Source: a virus (lineage: Duplodnaviria; Heunggongvirae; Uroviricota; Caudoviricetes). Taken from it: a stretch of DNA of 64,000 nucleotides. The notes below the pieces were generated by a model. The model saw only the letters and a list, made by a program, of their open reading frames with translations. It was not told the origin of the DNA and did no database searches. The stretch covers positions 19,463-83,462 of IMG/VR virus record IMGVR_UViG_3300026488_000246; one strand, 5' to 3'. Within the stretch, counting starts at the first letter, position 1. Each line of letters opens with the position of its first letter. Below are positions 58,296 to 64,000 of this stretch, piece after piece. The position numbers and the translations under genes are program-made.

Positions 58296-58315
58296 ACTGA
58301 TTTAGAGAGGTCGTA

Positions 58316-58945
58316 ATGAAGATAGGTCTTTTTGGAGGTTCATTTGATCCATTTCATGAAGGACATCTTGCAACAGCTTTGAATCTTCTTCAATATTTAG
58401 ATAGAATCATTTTCATACCAACATACCAGAATCCATTAAAGCAACACAAACCCATGTTTAGTAATGAAGAAAGACTTGAGTTGATTAAGCAAGTTTGTAA
58501 GTATTTTCCAGAATTCGATTATAACGACTATGATATTGTAACCGAAAATTGTTTTACTATCAATACAGTGAGACATCTCTCAAACCTTTATCATGATGCA
58601 GACTTATATTGGATTCTAGGAGATGACGCTTTCATCAAACTTCTTAGGTGGAAAGATTGGAAATCGTTATTCGATTACGTTAAACTGATTGTAGTTGAAA
58701 GAAATCAACCACTAGCTCATACTTTAAGATATGCAGATAACATTTGTAGACAACTCAATATAGAATTTTCACTAGGATGATCTGAGAAGTTTCCTCTCAT
58801 TCTGATTTATGATATTGAAACTCCAAGTATTTCATCAACTCAAATAAGAAAGCAACTTAATAGCAAACATGATTATCTAAAACAGTTTGAATCCATTGTT
58901 AGGAGATATCATGAGCACACAAAAGAAAAAGCCTCATCCAAGTGA
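58316..58945 (+). CDS. nadD: Nicotinate-nucleotide adenylyltransferase interrupted by an in-frame TGA (58778-58780)
   Basis: IGLFGGSFDPFHEGH, P..NPLK, WILGDD..W..W, VVER; the frame after the TGA encodes the family C-terminal motif ISSTQIR. Confidence 0.85.
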
Positions 58946-59915
58946 ATTGCTATGGAGGTGGTTCTTTGAATCTAATGATCCTGAACCACCTCCTGAACTT
59001 GTTGATAATCCACAACTTACACATGTAACAATCATTTCATGTTTCCCTATGAATCAACAACTTAATGCTCATCTTGTAAACAGGTTATCAGGATTTAATC
59101 TGTATAGTATATCTAAACGGGATTTACTTAAACGATTAAAAGAACTGATAAGACGGTTTAAGGTAAGTCCTTATGATTACTGGACACTAGCCCAAAAGAA
59201 ACCTCATCAAGATCCATTAGCCAAATGCTTATGGAGACACTATGAAATTAAACCACAAGATTTATCTTATGTGATTGAAGTATCTGGTGGAAGACAGGTT
59301 GTTGAATCGTTATGTGGTAAGGCTGTAAAGCTTAAGAAAAACCAAGATGAGAATGATGTATTTTCTCATCTTGCTAACTTGATTCAACAGCAAAGTAAAT
59401 CCAATGCTTCTAATTCAGGATTACAACAAACCTTAGAAGATTACAAACAATGGATTATAGATTTACTTTCCACTAAAACAACAGTATGCAATTATGAAGG
59501 ATGTAGAGATTGTCCTTTAAGAAATCAACCATTCGTACCCCCAGATTTCATAATCAATGATCCATCAAGGAATGAAGTTGATATCATGATAGTAGGTATG
59601 AATCCTTATGTAGATGAAGTTAAGCAAGGTAAACCATTTGTTGGGAGATCTGGAAAGAAACTTAGGGAAGTCCTTTCTAAGATCTTTGATAAGCATAATA
59701 TTGTAATCACAAATACTTGTATGTGCTTTGTGCCAGATAACAAAGATCCTGATAAACAATCGCAAGCTTGCTGTAAACCTTTACTACTTGAGCAGATCAA
59801 AAGAATTAAACCAAAGATTGTTGTACCTTTAGGAGGTTTAGCAGCTTCAAACTTACTGAATCAACCAGTATCTATAACCAAAATTGCTGGGCAAAAGTTT
59901 GAAATTGAAACCTAG
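58911..59915 (+). CDS. Unknown N-terminal domain fused to the N-terminal ~80% of a family-4-like [4Fe-4S] uracil-DNA glycosylase
   Basis: CRDCPL, IVGMNPY, PFVGRSGKKL, ITNTCMC, ACCKP, EQIKRIKPKIVVPLG, SITKIAG; motif B (HPxx) absent. Confidence 0.85.
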   Translation: MSTQKKKPHPSELLWRWFFESNDPEPPPELVDNPQLTHVTIISCFPMNQQLNAHLVNRLSGFNLYSISKRDLLKRLKELIRRFKVSPYDYWTLAQKKPHQDPLAKCLWRHYEIKPQDLSYVIEVSGGRQVVESLCGKAVKLKKNQDENDVFSHLANLIQQQSKSNASNSGLQQTLEDYKQWIIDLLSTKTTVCNYEGCRDCPLRNQPFVPPDFIINDPSRNEVDIMIVGMNPYVDEVKQGKPFVGRSGKKLREVLSKIFDKHNIVITNTCMCFVPDNKDPDKQSQACCKPLLLEQIKRIKPKIVVPLGGLAASNLLNQPVSITKIAGQKFEIET

Positions 59916-59925
59916 GAGGTGAAGA

Positions 59926-60273
59926 ATGAATAGAAAGGAGCTAGTTAAAACTCTATTCTATCATACATCTGACTTTGTTAGAAACAAAGATCCTAAACTT
60001 GCAAAGGAAATAGTGCTAATTCTTACTGAGCTTAACGCTATGAAAGATGTCAAAACATTCATCGAACTAGCTAGAGAAGTGAATTTTGATTTAACAGATG
60101 ATATAGAATATGATACAATTGAGACACTAGGTTCTATCATTGATACGATAAGCATGTTTGATGATGAAGATGATGGAGACATATATTACCTTTATGCAAT
60201 GTCTTGTAAGTTAATGCATTACATAGAAGTTTTACTTGGAAAGAAGTTAGAAGAGATTGTCTTGCAATCCTAA
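59926..60273 (+). CDS. Acidic hypothetical protein inserted between the two UDG halves
   Basis: RBS GGAGGTG overlapping the upstream stop; 24 D/E versus 13 K/R in 115 aa. Confidence 0.7.
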   Translation: MNRKELVKTLFYHTSDFVRNKDPKLAKEIVLILTELNAMKDVKTFIELAREVNFDLTDDIEYDTIETLGSIIDTISMFDDEDDGDIYYLYAMSCKLMHYIEVLLGKKLEEIVLQS

Positions 60274-60296
60274 TCTGAAATTGTTAAGGGGGTCTA

Positions 60297-62621
60297 ATGA
60301 AAGTAACTGTTATTCCCAACCTACATCCATCAGCGGTAATTAGGAACACCAAACAATGGGAACCTTTATTTATTCATGCTTTTGAAAGAATTAAAGAGAA
60401 ACTAGCTATACATAATACTGCTGATTCTAAACCTGCGAAAAATGATACATTACCGAACCATACAAACAATATTATTCATTTGAATGATACGAATTTTGAA
60501 TCTATACTTAAGCAGTTAAAGGATGAAGGTTACGCGCTTATAGATGTGCAAAGATACAAGGATCTTTATGGTGATCAAGTTGTAGATCAAGGTATCTTTG
60601 CTGTTGTATCTAATGGAAAACAGAGAAAGTATTTGATGCTTAACAATGTTAGGCTTAAATACTATACATTGAGAAGAGGACAATCACCAGAACCTTTAAT
60701 GCCTTTCAATACTTTAAATCAAGAAATAGGTTCAACTTGTAAAGATATCGTTAAAGATAGATACAAAGCTATGCCAATGTATAAAGATCAAGTATACTAT
60801 AACTATGATTTTCCAATAGATGATTGGCTTGTATTACAAATAAGAGAAATCCTTGATAAGGACCCAACATACAACATTGCATTCTTTGACATAGAGGTTC
60901 ATGCAGAAGATGGTACATTCCCAGATGAAAGGCAGGCTAAATATCCTGTATCAACTATCTCTTTTGTTATAGGAAACGAATTCTATCAGCTTATAAACAA
61001 GAAACTTTTTCCGAATCTAAACGAGGAAAGAATTAAGGACCTAATCAAACAGAATGGAGTAACCATTGATAACCTGAATATCATTTACTATGATGATGAA
61101 GTTTCTATGCTAAAAGGATTTGCAAAACTTCTGAAGGATAAACAAGTAGATGTACTTACAGCTTGGAACATCTACTTCGATATTAACTATTTGGCTAATA
61201 GATGCAAAGTTATTGGTGTGGATACAGATATCTTCTCACCAATTGGAAAACCTATGTATCCTTCTGGTAAACTTGGTTTCCATATGATTCCTGGAATTAT
61301 CATAGCTGACTTACTTGAACTATACAAATCTTATGAGGGTAGAGAAACAAGATATAATCTAGATTACATTGTGGAGAAGAATCTTGGATTAAACAAAGTT
61401 AAATATGAAGGAACACTTGCAGAATTACTTCATAAAGATCCAGATTTGTACATAGCTTACTCTGCTGTTGATACCAAACTTATCCAAATGCTTGAAGATA
61501 AGAAAGGTGATCTTACACTACATTTACAACTAAAGGATCTGGCAAGAATCTCTTATCTAAACAGTTATTCAACACTAACCCAAATAGATGGACTTATGTA
61601 TCAGTATGCTAAAAAGAGAGGAATGGCTTTAAGGCAACGTCCTCTTAAAGCTGACAAATCTGGATCTTTCGTTGGTGCTTTTGTAAGGGAGCCAAGGAAA
61701 GGATACATTCCGTATGTAATTGACTTGGATGCATCATCCATGTATCCCTCAATTATGATTTCATTAAACATATCGCCAGAAACTTTTGTGGGATACATTG
61801 AAGAAGGTTCTAACCCAACATTTATGGAAAAGTTTCTGCTTACAAATGAAGTAGATGATGAAACTGTTACTGTGATAGTTAATCCTAATAAGAAAGGTTT
61901 TCTAGAAGAGCAAAGAATACAGATTAAAGTAAGAGATCTCAAGAATAAGGTCTATAGCAATAAACTTACAATTTCTCCTGCAGGGACGATATTTGATAGA
62001 TCTAAGAAAGGTTTCATTGAAGAGATTCTTGAAGACCTAATTACAAGAAGAAAAAGATTCAAGAAAGAGGCTTTGAAACTCCTTGAATCCTCCAATCCAG
62101 AAGATAAAGCCTTAGGTGCTAAATACAATGTAATACAGAAAGCTTTGAAAGTATTAGCTAACGCTATTTATGGTGCTATGGGTAACCAAGCATACAGATT
62201 CTTTGATACAAGAATTTCTGTAACAATTACTCTTACAGGACAATGGGAGATTAAGTTTGTATCTGGACTAACAGAGAAGTTCATACAACACATCATAGGA
62301 ACCGAAGAGATTTATCTTGAACCAGAATTAGATAGAGAGATTCTGAGAGAGGCAGAAGGTGAGCAACATTATGTATTCTATTCCGATACAGACTCATCAT
62401 TCATTGATATCTTTGAATTGTTAGTTAACGAGATTCCAAAAGTTATGCAAGAGCTTTCAGGACTTAGTCAGGTTACATTGGGTAACGAAGTAATCAAACT
62501 ACCTAATGATTTTGATGAAAAGTTAAAGATGTTAGTTGATGTGAAATACAAAGCATTAAAAGAAAAGCTTGAAACTGATTCCCCTATACATCCAATAGTA
62601 GCTAAAATGTTTGGAGAATGA
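60297..62621 (+). CDS. polB: Family B DNA polymerase, N-terminal part (UDG C-terminal motif + 3'-5' exonuclease + fingers + palm through motif C)
   Basis: Starts MKVTVIPNLHPSAVIRN; ExoI FFDIEV, ExoII AWNIYFD, ExoIII YSAVD; DLDASSMYPS, KVLANAIYG, YSDTDS; no KKRY motif or thumb. Confidence 0.92.
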   Translation: MKVTVIPNLHPSAVIRNTKQWEPLFIHAFERIKEKLAIHNTADSKPAKNDTLPNHTNNIIHLNDTNFESILKQLKDEGYALIDVQRYKDLYGDQVVDQGIFAVVSNGKQRKYLMLNNVRLKYYTLRRGQSPEPLMPFNTLNQEIGSTCKDIVKDRYKAMPMYKDQVYYNYDFPIDDWLVLQIREILDKDPTYNIAFFDIEVHAEDGTFPDERQAKYPVSTISFVIGNEFYQLINKKLFPNLNEERIKDLIKQNGVTIDNLNIIYYDDEVSMLKGFAKLLKDKQVDVLTAWNIYFDINYLANRCKVIGVDTDIFSPIGKPMYPSGKLGFHMIPGIIIADLLELYKSYEGRETRYNLDYIVEKNLGLNKVKYEGTLAELLHKDPDLYIAYSAVDTKLIQMLEDKKGDLTLHLQLKDLARISYLNSYSTLTQIDGLMYQYAKKRGMALRQRPLKADKSGSFVGAFVREPRKGYIPYVIDLDASSMYPSIMISLNISPETFVGYIEEGSNPTFMEKFLLTNEVDDETVTVIVNPNKKGFLEEQRIQIKVRDLKNKVYSNKLTISPAGTIFDRSKKGFIEEILEDLITRRKRFKKEALKLLESSNPEDKALGAKYNVIQKALKVLANAIYGAMGNQAYRFFDTRISVTITLTGQWEIKFVSGLTEKFIQHIIGTEEIYLEPELDREILREAEGEQHYVFYSDTDSSFIDIFELLVNEIPKVMQELSGLSQVTLGNEVIKLPNDFDEKLKMLVDVKYKALKEKLETDSPIHPIVAKMFGE

Positions 62622-62626
62622 ACTAA

Positions 62627-62658
62627 AGGGATGGTAACCATTCTTGGTTACCATCCCT
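62627..62658 (+). terminator. Hairpin directly after polB stop
   Basis: AGGGATGGTAACCA-TTCT-TGGTTACCATCCCT perfect 14-bp stem. Confidence 0.7.
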
Positions 62659-62671
62659 AAACTGCTTTTAT

Positions 62672-62957
62672 GGAGATGGAACGTCTAAGTTTCGATATTG
62701 TAGATTGTAGCGAAATCTCACTTTAGAGTGTTTCATATTCATTTATATTCAACTGAGGGGTCTAGGTTGTTTTTTCAACCTGAATCTGAAAAACAAACAA
62801 GAACCTAGGTAATCTCTAAGTTTTCAAAGATTACCTAGGCCTGGGAGAGTTAATCTCTCCCAATAATCTCCTACAATCGGCTTAATGCAGACTGTAGGAG
62901 CAGATTTCCATCTTTTCAATGAATTGAATGTTGTTTGCATAGCCTTTTGGCTATGTA
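62672..62957 (+). ncRNA. Candidate structured non-coding RNA of unknown class
   Basis: Long-range stem 62674-62686/62902-62913 enclosing at least five hairpins, plus two more hairpins 3' of it; no credible ORF. Confidence 0.6.
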
Positions 62958-63044
62958 TGATTAGAAATCTTTTTAAGAGTCCCTTCATTTAACATTTATT
63001 TCAAATGTAAGTTCTATAACGTAAATTACAACCGTTTTAAGGAG

Positions 63045-63470
63045 GTGGATATGGAAGTAGTAATCAAATCTGTCAATGCAGATCCTATCAAAAATATACT
63101 AGCTTGGTTCAAAAGACGAATCGAGGAAGACTTTTATTCACACTTCAATCTTGTAGAGCAGTTGCATAGAACCATTCATGTTGCACCACATCCTGGAAAT
63201 ACACCTGATGTCTATGATGACTTTGCCGACGCTCTCGATTATGCTGACATCTTTTTCGAAAAAGAGTTTGCAAACTTTCTAGGATTAGCAATAAAGTATG
63301 GTGTAATTGATCGTGAAACTAACTTTGTGATACGATCTATATATGTAACGGATCATGATGTAAAACTAGTTGCGTTTATGAATTTGATAGCTAGAAAGGT
63401 TAACAATGGTAATGTAACGTTTACACTGAAGAGATTTGATGAGTTAGATCATGAAGAAACAATGTTGTAG
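63045..63470 (+). CDS. Hypothetical protein
   Basis: RBS AAGGAGGTG, 141 aa. Confidence 0.7.
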   Translation: MDMEVVIKSVNADPIKNILAWFKRRIEEDFYSHFNLVEQLHRTIHVAPHPGNTPDVYDDFADALDYADIFFEKEFANFLGLAIKYGVIDRETNFVIRSIYVTDHDVKLVAFMNLIARKVNNGNVTFTLKRFDELDHEETML

Positions 63471-63474
63471 TTTT

Positions 63475-63496
63475 GGAGAGGTCTTTGAACCTCTCC
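63475..63496 (+). terminator. Intergenic hairpin
   Basis: GGAGAGGT-CTTTGA-ACCTCTCC. Confidence 0.5.
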
Positions 63497-63521
63497 TCCA
63501 ATAACTGAAGGAGGTGGTGGT

Positions 63522-64000
63522 ATGATAAACCAAATGCTAAACGATTACAAATTCATCAAAGGTATAGCAGAACCACTTAACAACACCTTTCATGCTTACA
63601 AGAATGACCCTTCTAATGGTCTTTCTCCATACCATTTAGAAGGTTCTGTTTGGATGCATACTTTGATGACATTAACACATGCAGAAACAGAATTTGCTAA
63701 AATAGCGTTATTATTCCATGATAGTGGGAAGATGATGGTTTATGAGGATCTTGATAAGAAACGGTTTAGAAGGTTTAGCGGGCATGAAATTGCTTCTGGT
63801 AATATCTGGTTAGATTATGCATTACAAACGGATTTTATTAAGGATCAGCTTAGTAAGGAGGACATTTTCAATATTTACAAGCTTATTCAGACGCACCATA
63901 TGTACAAGTTAAACAAAGATAACCGGTTGTGGACTAAACTAGACATCCTAGATGTCTTATCTATCTGGAAAGATATACATTATGCTGATGTAAACGATAG
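63522..64000 (+). CDS. HD-domain phosphohydrolase (partial, runs off the window; absent from the ORF track)
   Basis: RBS GGAGGTGG; SPYHLEGSVWMHT, ALLFHDSGK, FSGHE, HH, YAD; open to 64000. Confidence 0.85.
   Translation, partial: MINQMLNDYKFIKGIAEPLNNTFHAYKNDPSNGLSPYHLEGSVWMHTLMTLTHAETEFAKIALLFHDSGKMMVYEDLDKKRFRRFSGHEIASGNIWLDYALQTDFIKDQLSKEDIFNIYKLIQTHHMYKLNKDNRLWTKLDILDVLSIWKDIHYADVND

Noticed and set aside
58778-58780. Genome-wide TGA or TAG reassignment
   Set aside because: TGA, TAG and TAA all end well-defined genes with ATGA/TAATG coupling, Trp is TGG, and conserved genes (nrdA, nrdB, sheath) are uninterrupted in the standard code
59909-60308. T4 gene 60-type ribosomal bypass (ACC take-off, ACT landing)
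   Set aside because: Gap of about 390 nt is far longer than known hops, codons are not identical, and both downstream ORFs have their own RBS; not formally excluded
59900-60310. Split intein or group I/II intron joining UDG and polB
   Set aside because: No Cys/Ser-start or His-Asn intein ends; the gap is almost entirely an RBS-led ORF with no room for a ribozyme core; joining at the shared GAAATTG gives a stop and the wrong frame
1066-61942. Minus-strand ORFs in the track (e.g. 34001-34567, 39019-39351, 61601-61942, 31861-32175)
   Set aside because: All shadow longer + strand genes or repeats, lack RBSs and have no recognisable motifs
62672-62990. RNase P RNA, tmRNA, group I or group II intron
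   Set aside because: Fragments such as GGAACGTC and CGGCTTA, or GACT/AGTC, recall RNase P or P7 but order and pairing do not fit; no tRNA-like ends, tag ORF or domain V
1-64000. tRNA, rRNA and major capsid/terminase/portal genes
   Set aside because: No T-loop GTTCGA cloverleaf or rRNA-like segment was seen, and no ORF shows convincing HK97, terminase ATPase or portal motifs; they presumably lie outside the window

Overview
AT-rich (about 30-33% GC by eye) segment of a large contractile-tailed (myovirus/jumbo-type) phage. Essentially every credible gene is on the + strand with AGGAGG/GAGGTG-type ribosome-binding sites. Layout: IS607-type element (tnpA serine recombinase + tnpB) at 1-2.0 kb; accessory region with paralogous membrane proteins, a Gat-QueC-like class II amidotransferase, a TelA-like protein and an AEP-like protein (2-11 kb); tail/baseplate module with sheath, four tube-fold paralogues, gp6/gp25/gp26/gp15/gp5-like proteins and PAAR (11-44 kb, interleaved with a RecA/UvsX, a Cas4-like nuclease and a possible sigma-like protein); AEP-type Rep-like gene followed by a ~930-bp non-coding repeat array (44.8-47.5 kb); Hjc-like resolvase, M48 peptidase, class Ia RNR, HNH nuclease, NadD, UDG and family-B polymerase (47.5-64 kb). 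The most striking observations: (1) a family-4-like uracil-DNA glycosylase domain cleanly cut in two, its C-terminal HPS motif forming the N-terminus of the DNA polymerase ORF with an acidic ORF between the halves; (2) that polymerase also lacks its C-terminal palm/thumb and is followed by a densely base-paired ~290-nt candidate ncRNA; (3) a 50-bp motif in front of seven genes and a second 49-bp motif arrayed after the Rep-like gene, both ending in GAAACG(Y)TTCC-like boxes; (4) a family of intergenic hairpins with a conserved loop-proximal U.G/C-G/A-U signature; (5) an in-frame TGA inside nadD. All protein calls are motif recognition by eye; no database searches were run. The host is not determinable here; Arg-AGA bias, an Fe-S UDG and class Ia RNR would fit an (micro)aerobic thermophilic bacterium, but that is inference only.
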